Assembly: GCA_903923925.1 (NCBI GenBank)
Contig: CAIXZF010000036.1
Location: 1,093 to 65,092 of the forward strand
DNA: 64,000 nt
Source of the DNA: an uncultured Bacteroidales bacterium
GTDB lineage: Bacteria; Bacteroidota; Bacteroidia; Bacteroidales; CAIXZF01
Direction of reading: 5' to 3'
Shown here: one piece after another, positions 33,339-42,577 of the stretch
Numbering within the stretch: the first letter of the stretch is position 1
Layout: the number at the start of each line of letters is the position of its first letter
Program-made: the position numbers and the translations under genes
The notes under the pieces: generated by a model
The model's input: only the letters and a program-made list of their open reading frames with translations
What the model was told of the DNA's origin: nothing
Databases searched by the model: none

Positions 33339-34616
33339 TTATACTAATGATACGTAGATTAGTTTGATGTTAAAAGCAGCTTTTTCCCATTTCAGGTTAT
33401 CGACTTCTTTTCTACCTTCATTTTCAAATATTTTAGTGAGTACATCGTAGCGAAGAATTGCATGAATGTTATCAGCAAGGGCATCGATGTCCCAGAAATC
33501 AACTTTTAAAGCGTGTTTCAGAACTTCAGCAACACCGCTTTGTTTTGAGATAATTACCGGAACATTGGAACGAATTGCTTCTAGTGGTGATATTCCAAAA
33601 GGTTCAGAAACTGAGGGCATTACATAAGCATCGCTCATTGAAAACATTTTATCGACATCATCTCCTTTGAGAAAACCGGTGAAATGGAATCGGTCTGCAA
33701 TACCAAGTGATGCAACACGTTTAACCATTTTAACCAGAAGGTCGCCTGAACCAGCCATAACAAAGCGAACATTTCTGTCGCGCTGTAAAACCTTATATGC
33801 TGCTTCTATGAAGTATTCCGGTCCTTTCTGGAAGGTTATTCTGCCAAGAAAAGTAACAACTTTTTCTTTTACATGTTTGTTGTTCGTAATGGTATCGCGG
33901 TTTGAAGGCTCTACGGCATTGTGTACAGTAACAACTTTATCTGGTTTTATCCCGTACTTGTCTATTACAATATTCCGGGTGAGGTGACTAACCGTAATTA
34001 CTTTGTCGGCTTCTTCCATACCCCATCTTTCGATATCATAAACTGCCTGGTTTACACTTTGTCCCGATCTGTCGAATTCTGTTGCATGCATATGCACAAT
34101 CAGGGGCTTTCCTGTTGCTTTTTTTGCAGCAATCCCGGCAGGATATGTCAGCCAGTCGTGGGCATGGATTACGTCGAACTGATGTTGTGGCGCAATTGTG
34201 GAAGCTACCCATGCGTAATGGTTCACTTCTTCCATAAGATTTGTGCCGTATTTTCCTGAAAAGTCAAATTTTGTGGAAAAAATCGTCTTCTTCCCTTTGT
34301 GGGTTACAAGCCTTTTTTCTTCTACCAGCCTCTCAAAATCTTCAGGATACACATAGGGCAGGATGTTTGATTCGACTTCGAGGTAAGTGAGTTTCTCTTC
34401 AAATTCCTTTTCGATCTCCTGTGTAAAACTGACTTCGATGTCGCTTGCATTTATCAGCCGAATAGCTTCCTGACTTTCGTCACCAAAAGCTTTAGGCACC
34501 ACAAATAACACTTCTACACCATGCCTGGCAAGACCTTTTGTCATACCAAAACATGCAGTTCCGAGCCCTCCTGTTATGTGAGGCGGGAATTCCCACCCGA
34601 ACATTAACACTTTCAT
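33339..34616 (-). CDS. Glycosyltransferase family 4 (glycogen-synthase-like)
   Basis: 425 aa. N-terminus MKVLMFGWEFPPHITGGLGTAC. Has a GT-B C-terminal E.FG...LEA motif (SEPFGISPLEA). It sits between the GH57 and debranching-enzyme genes. Confidence 0.8.
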   Translation of the reverse strand: MKVLMFGWEFPPHITGGLGTACFGMTKGLARHGVEVLFVVPKAFGDESQEAIRLINASDIEVSFTQEIEKEFEEKLTYLEVESNILPYVYPEDFERLVEEKRLVTHKGKKTIFSTKFDFSGKYGTNLMEEVNHYAWVASTIAPQHQFDVIHAHDWLTYPAGIAAKKATGKPLIVHMHATEFDRSGQSVNQAVYDIERWGMEEADKVITVSHLTRNIVIDKYGIKPDKVVTVHNAVEPSNRDTITNNKHVKEKVVTFLGRITFQKGPEYFIEAAYKVLQRDRNVRFVMAGSGDLLVKMVKRVASLGIADRFHFTGFLKGDDVDKMFSMSDAYVMPSVSEPFGISPLEAIRSNVPVIISKQSGVAEVLKHALKVDFWDIDALADNIHAILRYDVLTKIFENEGRKEVDNLKWEKAAFNIKLIYVSLV

Positions 34617-34660
34617 TTTAGTTTAGGTTAGTTGTTAATTGTGTTATGCAAATAGTTTGT

Positions 34661-36607
34661 TTATTCATCATATTTTTTAATAATCATATTCATTCGTAAT
34701 AGTTCAGCTACGTTCCAAGCCATTGAAATTGCGCCTCCGGGACGATGTGGCGGGTCGCCGTCATAAAGTTCAGATATGCTGCCAATGCCATGTTCCATGA
34801 TTACATCTCCAAAACCGTTGTAAAGTGTTTTAATGTAATGTAAACCTGATTTGCCATGGATTTTCAGATATGCTTCGGCAAAATGAGCGATTAACCACGG
34901 ATGCACACTTCCCTGATGTGCAGCTCTGTCGCGGGTTTCCTGATTGCCAACATAGATGCCGATATATAATGGATTCTTAGGAGCAAGGCTTCTTAGTCCA
35001 CGAGGTGTTACAAGTTCACTTTTAATCTTGTCGAGCATCAATTTGCGTTTATCCTCAGCAAGTGGAGAATAGGGGAGAGATGCAGCAAAGATTTGGTTAG
35101 GCCTCGTGCTCATATCTCTGTAAATTCCATCATTGTAATCGTACAAATGATTCCGTTCATAACACCAGAATGCTTCAAAGAATGCAGTCGGAATCTTTTC
35201 GGTAAGTGCCGTCCAGAACTCAAGATCTTTTGTTTGTTTTGCTTTTCCGGCTAATTCAATATAGAAACAAATTGCATTATACCAGAGTGCATTAATATCA
35301 ACCGCATAGCCCGGTCTGAGTGTAACTGGCCTGCCTTTTACAAGCATATTCATCCATGTCATTGGTCGTCCGGCATCCGAAGTGTAAAGCAAACCATTAT
35401 CATGTAGTTGAATAGAATTACAATGCTTGTCTTTAAAGGCATTCAAGATATTCAACAAGATACTGCCGTAGTCTTTCCAAACAGATTTGAAATCCCTGGT
35501 ATGCTCAATGTATTGCTGAAGAGTCCAGAAGAACCATAATTGGGTGTCGGGTGTAATGTTTTTGCATGAAGCATCAATTCCGAATTGGGGGAAGAATGGC
35601 CCGTCCATATCTTCAACCATGCAATTTACAACTGCCTTGAAATTTTCAATCCTGTTATTATATAACGTCAGACCTGGCAACGAAATAAATGTTTCGCGGC
35701 CTTGCCGTCCAAACCAGGGGAAACCTGCTATAACTTCTGTTTTATTATCTCTTTTAACGATAAACTGATGCGCAGAGTTCAGGAGGCAGTTTTCAAGTCC
35801 TGCCCTTGGTATTCTTAGTTTTATTTCATCTTCAAAAATTTTCTTGAGATTTGCAGGGGAAACCTCATTCAATCCTGCAATGAGGTAAATGCTTTCGCCT
35901 TTTTTAAGCGGGAATTCGAAATATCCGGGCACGAAGAGATCCTCCAGATAATCATATCCTCTTTCCATTTCTTCGGTATACTCAATGCTGTAATACCAAT
36001 CGGGTACGTGAATATATTCAGTCTTTTTTGACAATTGCAGATACACCGGACTATAACCATCATAAAGCTTTACAGAAATGCCATTGCTCACTTCCTTGTA
36101 TTTTGAATCAATATAAATATTTGATTTACTTAATTCATGAAAGTTTCTGAATGCCATAAAAGGTTTTAGCCTGATGGTAGTGGGGGAATGAGCTTCTTCC
36201 AGAGTGTATTTGATAAGCATTTGGTCGTCGGTATGGGTAAAAAGCATCTCTTTAGTAAACCTTACACCTCCAACCTGAAATGTTAGTTTAGGGATAGGTT
36301 CAGTAGAAAAATCTACAATGTATTTATGCCCTTTAGGATTGTAAGTACCACCCTTGAATTTACGAATACCTAAGTTAAATGATGTGTTTTGCTGAATAAT
36401 TGTTTCATCGATAGACGAGAGCAGAACATGATGCTCACCGTCGAGCAAGGGTTGACGGGTAATCAGCAGTCCATGATATCGTCTTGTATTGCACCCGATA
36501 ATTGTAGTGCTCGAGTAAGATCCGGCACGGTTTGACCGGAGCAATTCTTTTGAAAGCGCATATTCAAGGTTAACCAGAAGTTGCCTGTCGAATTTTATAT
36601 AACTCAT
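34661..36607 (-). CDS. Amylo-alpha-1,6-glucosidase / glycogen debranching enzyme family protein
   Basis: 648 aa. The N-terminal ...EWL..N..G.Y.S.T..G.NTRRYHGLL-type motif is present as LRSNRAGSYSSTTIIGCNTRRYHGLLI. The C-terminal (alpha/alpha)6 GDE-type region includes ..P.GLR(S/T)L and ..Y.G......RD.AYHQG..W.WL. Confidence 0.8.
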   Translation of the reverse strand: MSYIKFDRQLLVNLEYALSKELLRSNRAGSYSSTTIIGCNTRRYHGLLITRQPLLDGEHHVLLSSIDETIIQQNTSFNLGIRKFKGGTYNPKGHKYIVDFSTEPIPKLTFQVGGVRFTKEMLFTHTDDQMLIKYTLEEAHSPTTIRLKPFMAFRNFHELSKSNIYIDSKYKEVSNGISVKLYDGYSPVYLQLSKKTEYIHVPDWYYSIEYTEEMERGYDYLEDLFVPGYFEFPLKKGESIYLIAGLNEVSPANLKKIFEDEIKLRIPRAGLENCLLNSAHQFIVKRDNKTEVIAGFPWFGRQGRETFISLPGLTLYNNRIENFKAVVNCMVEDMDGPFFPQFGIDASCKNITPDTQLWFFWTLQQYIEHTRDFKSVWKDYGSILLNILNAFKDKHCNSIQLHDNGLLYTSDAGRPMTWMNMLVKGRPVTLRPGYAVDINALWYNAICFYIELAGKAKQTKDLEFWTALTEKIPTAFFEAFWCYERNHLYDYNDGIYRDMSTRPNQIFAASLPYSPLAEDKRKLMLDKIKSELVTPRGLRSLAPKNPLYIGIYVGNQETRDRAAHQGSVHPWLIAHFAEAYLKIHGKSGLHYIKTLYNGFGDVIMEHGIGSISELYDGDPPHRPGGAISMAWNVAELLRMNMIIKKYDE

Positions 36608-36624
36608 ATTGTGATGACTGTTCT

Positions 36625-36645
36625 CAAATATAGCGGAATATTCCG
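36625..36645 (-). promoter_or_regulatory. Putative promoter of the glycogen cluster: -7 box TATATTTG (36625-36632) directly preceded by a perfect 12-bp palindrome CGGAATATTCCG (36634-36645)
   Basis: The minus strand reads ccggaatattccgcTATATTTGagaacagtcatcacaatATG. The -7 box ends 18 nt before the ATG at 36607. Confidence 0.4.
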
Positions 36646-36815
36646 GATTTGCAAAGGTATTCAGAAAAACAAATTCTGAGAATAAAGACTCATGTCTTAT
36701 AATTATTTAACAAATGTAGGTCTACATTGTTCGAAGTTTGAGCAGTGAATTTTGCTTTTTTTTGAGCTGTATTCTTAGAACAATAAATGTAGTTAATAGA
36801 TGTTTAATAATGGTG

Positions 36816-36823
36816 TAACTTTG
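36816..36823 (+). promoter_or_regulatory. Putative -7 box (TAACTTTG) for the lipoprotein gene
   Basis: Exact TAnnTTTG match 18 nt upstream of the ATG at 36841. Confidence 0.4.
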
Positions 36824-36840
36824 CAGAATAATTGATTTTT

Positions 36841-38304
36841 ATGCGATTTTTTTTTAAAAGAGTTTTGTTTTCTGGTTTGGCTATCGGTTTATTGCTTGGA
36901 ATAGTCTTCACTATAGGCTCATGTAAAAAAGCAGATAGCTTTGATACCAGCCCGTCGGCTAAGTTGTCTTTTTCTGGTGATTCTATTTTGTTTGATACTG
37001 TTTTTACCACTATTGGAAGTACTACCAGGGCTTTTATGGTTTATAATAATTCAAAACTGGCGGTTAAAATATCTTCAATAGAACTTCTGGGTGGAACAGG
37101 CTCAAACTTTAAAGTTAATGTGGATGGTATAGCCGGTAGTTTTTTCAGCGATGTTGAAATAGAGGGGAACGACAGCCTTTTTTTATTTGTAAACGTCAGA
37201 GTTGATCCAACAAATCAAAACAGTCCCCTGGTGATTTCCGATAAAATACGATTTGTTACGAATGGAAATACTCAGGAAATTGAATTGGTGGCCTGGGGAC
37301 AGGATGCGCATTATATTGTTGCCAATAAGTGGCTGAATGCCAATTTACCATACAAGATTGTTGCTGCAGAACACCAAACAGTTACATGGACAGCTGATAA
37401 GCCTTACCTTGTATATGGATATGCAGTTGTTGACTCAACAGGATCGCTATATATTGAACCTGGTGTTAATATTCATTTTCATAAGAATAGCGGTTTGTGG
37501 GTATACAAAGGTGGTTCAATTCATGTTAATGGTTCAAAAGATAAACCTGTTTACTTTAAAGGCGACAGATTGGAAACTGAATATTCTGATATCCCTGGTC
37601 AATGGGATAGAATCTGGATAAATGAAGGAGCTGTTGACAATGTGATTAATTATGCCATTATAGAAAATGGTTTTATAGGACTTCAGACAGAGACAATGGA
37701 TGCCAGTATGGGGAATAATTTACAGTTAACGAATACGATAATTCGTAATATGTCGGGCTGGGGATTATTCTCCAGACACTATGATATTGTTGCTTCGAAT
37801 AACCTAATCTATAATTGTGGACTCGACCTGATGTACTTGTCGATAGGTGGTAATTATGACTTCAGGCATTGTACATTTGCAAACTTCTGGAATGGTGGTG
37901 TACGCCAGACTCCATCGCTCATTGTAAGTAATTTTTACATGGATGAGCCGAATCAGCTCATGTATGTTGGTGATCTTGATAAAGCGTATTTCGGGAATTG
38001 TATAATCTATGGTAATATTGAAGAAGAACTGGCCTTAGCCAAGTCGGATGACGCCAGTAAATTCAATTATAAATTTGAAAATTGTTTAATCCGTACTAAA
38101 CTGAATTCCGATTCTCTACTCAGTTGCATTAAAAATAAGGATCCTTTATTTGAAGATTTTACTTTAGGGAAGTTCAATCCGTTAAATACTTCTCCCATTA
38201 TAAACAAAGGTGCAGCCTGGGTTGCACAAAGTGTGCCATACGATTTAAACGGAGATCCCCGGACGCCAATGCCTGATTTAGGAGCATTGCAGCATAAACA
38301 GTAG
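36841..38304 (+). CDS. Hypothetical lipoprotein with probable beta-helix-like repeats
   Basis: The ATG at 36841 was chosen; the track start at 36832 is a TTG. Has a lipoprotein signal ..GLLLGIVFTIGSC. No family was recognised with certainty. Confidence 0.7.
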   Translation: MRFFFKRVLFSGLAIGLLLGIVFTIGSCKKADSFDTSPSAKLSFSGDSILFDTVFTTIGSTTRAFMVYNNSKLAVKISSIELLGGTGSNFKVNVDGIAGSFFSDVEIEGNDSLFLFVNVRVDPTNQNSPLVISDKIRFVTNGNTQEIELVAWGQDAHYIVANKWLNANLPYKIVAAEHQTVTWTADKPYLVYGYAVVDSTGSLYIEPGVNIHFHKNSGLWVYKGGSIHVNGSKDKPVYFKGDRLETEYSDIPGQWDRIWINEGAVDNVINYAIIENGFIGLQTETMDASMGNNLQLTNTIIRNMSGWGLFSRHYDIVASNNLIYNCGLDLMYLSIGGNYDFRHCTFANFWNGGVRQTPSLIVSNFYMDEPNQLMYVGDLDKAYFGNCIIYGNIEEELALAKSDDASKFNYKFENCLIRTKLNSDSLLSCIKNKDPLFEDFTLGKFNPLNTSPIINKGAAWVAQSVPYDLNGDPRTPMPDLGALQHKQ

Positions 38305-38312
38305 AAAAATTA

Positions 38313-38479
38313 GGTTATGTTTCAGAATAATGTGGAATAAATATTGCCCTTAGGGCATAAATGAAATGTTTCTAATTGTTTTAATAACAAATGATTTAAC
38401 AACAAACAAATTTCATCAATCTCCTATGGAGAATTCTTCAAACTAGAGAATAGAACCAACAATATTCTGAAACATAACC
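38313..38479. mobile_element. MITE-like non-autonomous element, 167 bp, with 17-bp perfect terminal inverted repeats, flanked by an 8-bp direct repeat
   Basis: The left TIR ggttatgtttcagaata (38313-38329) is the reverse complement of tattctgaaacataacc (38463-38479). aaaaatta abuts both ends (38305-38312 and 38480-38487). It has no coding capacity. It is inserted between the stop codons of two convergent genes. Confidence 0.6.
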
Positions 38480-38490
38480 AAAAATTATTT

Positions 38491-39360
38491 TTATGCCATT
38501 AATTCGGCCATTTTCTTGCCGATTTCAGCTGGAGAATCAACAACATGGATTCCACAGTCTCTCAGAATTTCTTTTTTTGCTTCGGCAGTGTCAGCTTTTC
38601 CACCGACGATAGCACCTGCATGTCCCATGGTACGGCCTTTCGGAGCAGTTGCACCTGCAATAAAGCTTACAACAGGTTTGTTTCCAAAATCCCTGATATA
38701 ATAAGCAGCTTCAGCTTCCATATTTCCGCCAATTTCACCAATCATTACGATTCCAGTAGTAGCCGGGTCTTCCATAAGGAGTTTAACAGCTTCTTTAGTG
38801 CTTGTTCCGTTGATTGGGTCGCCACCGATACCAATGGCAGTACTTTGACCAAGGCCGGCTTTGGTGAGCTGATCTACAGCTTCATAGGTAAGAGTTCCTG
38901 AGCGCGATACAATACCGATTGTTCCCGGATTGTGAATAAATCCCGGCATAATTCCAACCTTGGCTTCACCAGGAGTTATTACTCCAGGGCAATTTGGACC
39001 GACCAAAATACAATCCTTACCACTTATGTATTGTTTAACAGTGAGCATATCTTTAACAGGAATACCTTCGGTTATACAAACGATAACTTTAATGCCCGCA
39101 TCAGCAGCTTCCATAATTGCATCAGCAGCAAATGGCGGCGGAACGAAGATTACAGAAACATCAGCCTGGGTTGCACTTACAGCATCGGCAACTGTGTTAA
39201 AAACGGGTTTATCGAGATGAGTAGATCCTCCCTTTCCGGGGGTAACGCCACCAATAACATTGGTGCCATATTCTATCATCTGTGTTGCATGGAAAGTTCC
39301 TTCATTGCCGGTGAAACCCTGAACGAGGACCTTTGAGTGTTTATTAACCAATACGCTCAT
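38491..39360 (-). CDS. sucD: Succinate--CoA ligase [ADP-forming] subunit alpha
   Basis: 289 aa. MSVL(V/I)NK.SKV.VQG.TG..G.FH...M.EYGT..(V)GGVTPGKGG and the catalytic-His region [10 protein letters not shown]...GHAGA. Confidence 0.95.
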   Translation of the reverse strand: MSVLVNKHSKVLVQGFTGNEGTFHATQMIEYGTNVIGGVTPGKGGSTHLDKPVFNTVADAVSATQADVSVIFVPPPFAADAIMEAADAGIKVIVCITEGIPVKDMLTVKQYISGKDCILVGPNCPGVITPGEAKVGIMPGFIHNPGTIGIVSRSGTLTYEAVDQLTKAGLGQSTAIGIGGDPINGTSTKEAVKLLMEDPATTGIVMIGEIGGNMEAEAAYYIRDFGNKPVVSFIAGATAPKGRTMGHAGAIVGGKADTAEAKKEILRDCGIHVVDSPAEIGKKMAELMA

Positions 39361-39488
39361 TTGTTTATTTATTTGGATAAGTTATAGATGAAAGCAGTTT
39401 TTCGTAAATTGTGTAACAATAATCGGTGTTCAAAGGTAAAAACCTTTGTTAAACATTCAACTACAGGTTGTCAAAAATACATCTTAAG

Positions 39489-40895
39489 ATGGAAAATATT
39501 TTATACAAGCTCAGTTCAGGCGATACCATTTGCGCACTTGCGACTCCCGCAGGTATGGGAGCTATCGCCATGGTAAGGATCTCAGGGAAAGATTCTTTTT
39601 CTATTGTCGGCAATGTATTCAGTCCCTTCAGAAGCAGTAGTTCCCTTTTGGAAGCAAAAGGATATACTATTTTACATGGGAAAATCGGCAAAAATGAAAT
39701 TCTGGATGAAGTCCTGATTAATGTTTTCAGGGCTCCTCATTCCTATACCGGCGAAGATTTACTTGAGATAAGTTGTCATGGATCTGTTTTTATTCAGCGG
39801 AAACTGATTGAATTGCTGATAAGTGAGGGGGCACGACTTGCAGATCGGGGTGAGTTTACGCTGAGAGCATTTATGAATGGCAAGTTTGATTTATCGCAGG
39901 CAGAAGCTGTGGCTGATCTGATAATTTCTTCAACATCTACTTCTCATGAGCTTGCAATCCGTCAAATGCGGGGAGGGTATTCTTCGAAAATTGCCGGTTT
40001 ACGGAAGCAGTTGGTAGATTTTGCTTCCCTGCTTGAGCTTGAATTGGATTTTAGCGAGGAGGATGTTGAATTTGCCGATCGTACCCGATTTAGAGCACTT
40101 GTTGCTGAAATTTCGGAGGAGATCGCTTCATTGATGTCGTCGTTCAGGTTGGGAAATGTGCTTAAGTCGGGTATTCCAGTGGCAATAATAGGAAAACCTA
40201 ATGTTGGAAAATCAACCTTGTTAAATGCTTTATTGAACGAGGAAAAAGCGATTGTTTCTGAAATTCCGGGTACCACAAGAGATTATATTGAGGATGTGAT
40301 GGTGATTAGGGGAGTTTCCTTCCGGTTTATTGATACTGCAGGTTTAAGGCATTCAGAAGATACAATTGAGAGTTTGGGCATTGAGCGAACGTATGAACAG
40401 ATACGTCAGGCCAGAGTGATATTATATGTTTTTGACCTGGCAGAGACAGGCGTTGATGAGTTAAAGATTCTCATTGACGAATTAAAGAATAATGCAGAAG
40501 ATTCAGGTAAGGAGTTTATTCCTGTGGTAAATAAAACTGATCTGTTAGTAGAGTCTCCTCACCATTTTGCAGCTTTGTCGGAAATGGATGCAATTTATAT
40601 TTCTGCCAAGCGCAAAGAAAATATAAATCTTATCATAGAGCGGTTGTTGAATTCCGTTGATTTCGGCAAGTTAGAGGATAGTACAATAATATCGAGCAGC
40701 CGGCATTTTGATGCGCTTGAAAAATCCTCAGTTGCCATTTCAGCAGTTTCCGAAGGACTAAATACAGGTCTGCCCACCGATTTAATTGCTGCCGAATTAC
40801 GGCGGGCTCTTTATTTTCTCGGCGAGATAACAGGGGAGGTTACAACCAATGAACTTTTAGGAAACATTTTTAGCAGGTTCTGTATTGGAAAGTAA
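39489..40895 (+). CDS. mnmE: tRNA modification GTPase MnmE (TrmE)
   Basis: Has DTICALATP.G.GAIA.(V/I)R(I/L)SG, the G1 motif GKPNVGKSTLLN, DTAG, and the C-terminal FCIGK. The start was moved to the ATG at 39489 (MENILYKL). Confidence 0.93.
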   Translation: MENILYKLSSGDTICALATPAGMGAIAMVRISGKDSFSIVGNVFSPFRSSSSLLEAKGYTILHGKIGKNEILDEVLINVFRAPHSYTGEDLLEISCHGSVFIQRKLIELLISEGARLADRGEFTLRAFMNGKFDLSQAEAVADLIISSTSTSHELAIRQMRGGYSSKIAGLRKQLVDFASLLELELDFSEEDVEFADRTRFRALVAEISEEIASLMSSFRLGNVLKSGIPVAIIGKPNVGKSTLLNALLNEEKAIVSEIPGTTRDYIEDVMVIRGVSFRFIDTAGLRHSEDTIESLGIERTYEQIRQARVILYVFDLAETGVDELKILIDELKNNAEDSGKEFIPVVNKTDLLVESPHHFAALSEMDAIYISAKRKENINLIIERLLNSVDFGKLEDSTIISSSRHFDALEKSSVAISAVSEGLNTGLPTDLIAAELRRALYFLGEITGEVTTNELLGNIFSRFCIGK

Positions 40896-41090
40896 GCAGC
40901 CATAAAACAAGCGGGCAAGAAATTTTAAACAGTAACCAGCTGACTTTTAGTTTGAACTTAAGAGGGATGAATACAATTCTCTTAGGTCGCTGGTTGCGTC
41001 CTTAGAAAACGGAAGGGGATAAACAAGAAACCAAACAGAAAGAACGCAAACAGATAGGTTTTAAAACCAATAAGGAATAAGACCATATTA

Positions 41091-41513
41091 ATGAATGAAA
41101 TTGCCACTGATGAAATTACTTATTTGGATAAGAACGGAAAGGAAGCAAAAAAGCTTGTTACTGTTTTGGATAAAAAGGGCAAGCCAAAGAAAGTGGTACT
41201 TACTCCGGTTGACAAGCAATATAACAAAGAACAATTGGAACTTGCGGAACAAATCTGGCAAAAACGGAAAAATTATCTCAATAAACCTGAAATTTACACT
41301 GGTTACGAAAAGGAGCAGCTTAAAATTAAGAAACGAGGTGAACAGGATTTTGTTACCTATTTTAAAAAGTTGGCTGACAAAAGGAAAGCATCAAACCATG
41401 ATAACTGGGTTTCTGCTTATCAGTACCTCGATACTTTCACAAAGGGGAAATTGATGTTTTCAGAACTGACAGAAACATTTTGCAGTGATTTTCAGGAACA
41501 CCTGCTGTCTTAG
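41091..41513 (+). pseudogene. Truncated tyrosine-recombinase (phage-type integrase) gene. Only the N-terminal arm-binding/SAM-like region (140 aa) remains and the catalytic domain is missing.
   Basis: ..LELAEQIWQKRKNYLNKPEIYTGYEKEQLKIKKRGEQDFVTYFKKLADKRKASNHDNWVSAYQYLDTFTKGKLMFSELTETFCSDFQEHLL resembles the N-terminal SAM-like domain of Bacteroidota integrases. The ORF stops where the core-binding domain would continue. No R..H..R..Y catalytic region appears in any downstream frame. Confidence 0.55.
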
Positions 41514-41596
41514 CGATAAAATCAATTTTTTTCTATTACAGAATGGTCTGTCTTATGATCAGGGCTGAAAACTTTATCCTTGACAATTGTCTTTTT

Positions 41597-41797
41597 TTAC
41601 ACACTCTCTTTATTACCAATGCTTTGATCCACAAAAGGTTGAATAATGTAACTGATAAGGGGTATTATTAATACTATAATTACAGATATTATGAATAGTT
41701 GAATATCAGAATCATTAAGCTCCCACCCATAGACTAAGCAATAAGTGATTAAAAAAATAGTCAGAATTAATGCAGGGGCTCCAAAAACTACTGACAA
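41597..41797 (-). CDS. Hypothetical small membrane protein (66 aa, two hydrophobic helices). Weak call with a TTG start.
   Basis: This is the only ORF in a 730-bp very AT-rich spacer. No similarity was recognised. Confidence 0.2.
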   Translation of the reverse strand: MSVVFGAPALILTIFLITYCLVYGWELNDSDIQLFIISVIIVLIIPLISYIIQPFVDQSIGNKESV

Positions 41798-42219
41798 GGT
41801 TCTGAGTAATCATCTCCACTTCAAAGGGAAATAGCCCCCAAAAAACGTACTAATAAATTTGCTATACATATTAAATTAAATAGTATTAATAAGAGAAAAC
41901 ACTAAGTACGTTGCATTGTTGAATGCAATTATTATGCTAAGTGCTCCTCAATTTAAGCATCGCTTATATCTATTATCAATAGCTAGTACCTTATTATTAA
42001 ATATTAATAATATTTATATACAAAATTTGTTCAATAAATATGTAACTGTTTGTAAATCAATACAAGTAATTTTCCCTATAAAGGTAACCTTGTAAGTTGA
42101 GCAAGATTTGTTGTTTTGTGAAGATTATCTTTAATGGGAGAGTTTGAGGTTGATAGGTGCATAAAATATACTGATCCCCGAATTTTGATATAATGTGTCA
42201 TAAAAAGGATAAAAAGTTA

Positions 42220-42227
42220 TATATTTG
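42220..42227 (+). promoter_or_regulatory. Putative -7 box (TATATTTG) for the first HTH-hipA locus
   Basis: Exact TAnnTTTG match 21 nt upstream of the ATG at 42248. Confidence 0.4.
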
Positions 42228-42247
42228 TATCTTGAAAGACTCATTAT

Positions 42248-42577
42248 ATGAAATCATCAGCTGTGATATTACCCAAAAACCTGAAAGTTCTGGAAGAGCT
42301 GGGTTCGAATATTCAACTCGCTCGTTTACGCAGAAAATTTAGTTCGGAACAAGTTGCAGAAAGAGCTGGCATTGGCAGAAAGACAGTTTACAACATTGAG
42401 CAAGGCAGCCCTGCAGTTGCCATTGGGAGCTACCTGCAAGTATTGTTTGTGCTCGGATTAGAGAAGGACCTATCTATGGTAGCAGCATCTGATCCATTGG
42501 GTAGGAAATTGCAGGATGCTGGAATTACTACGGCTAAACGTGCTCCTAAAAGAACAGGCCATGTCAAAGAAAAATGA
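42248..42577 (+). CDS. hipB: XRE-family HTH protein, putative HipB-like antitoxin/repressor of the adjacent HipA
   Basis: 109 aa. The HTH is IQLARLRRKFSSEQVAERAGIGRKTVYNIEQG. Its 3' end overlaps the hipA start by 17 nt. Confidence 0.7.
   Translation: MKSSAVILPKNLKVLEELGSNIQLARLRRKFSSEQVAERAGIGRKTVYNIEQGSPAVAIGSYLQVLFVLGLEKDLSMVAASDPLGRKLQDAGITTAKRAPKRTGHVKEK

Noticed and set aside
38516-39336. Five plus-strand ORFs antisense to sucD
   Set aside because: sucD is unambiguous on the minus strand. The antisense frames are open because of Gly/Ala/Ile/Thr-rich codons and show no motifs.
40922-40934. TTTTAAACAGTAA near the left island end versus TTTTAACAGTAA at 47546-47557, considered as possible attL/attR core repeats
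   Set aside because: The match is only 12-13 nt with an indel and is AT-rich. The right copy is better explained as part of operator site C. This is not sufficient evidence for att sites.
40896-41090. Search for a tRNA gene or att site at the mnmE-integrase junction
   Set aside because: No cloverleaf-compatible sequence was found (no GTTCGAATC-like T-arm and no acceptor pairing). Only a short hairpin (taagag...ctctta) is present, probably the mnmE terminator region.
41095-41454. 119-aa ORF overlapping the integrase fragment in another frame
   Set aside because: It overlaps in the same direction as the frame that shows integrase-like N-terminal similarity. Its Lys/Leu/Arg-rich sequence has no motif.
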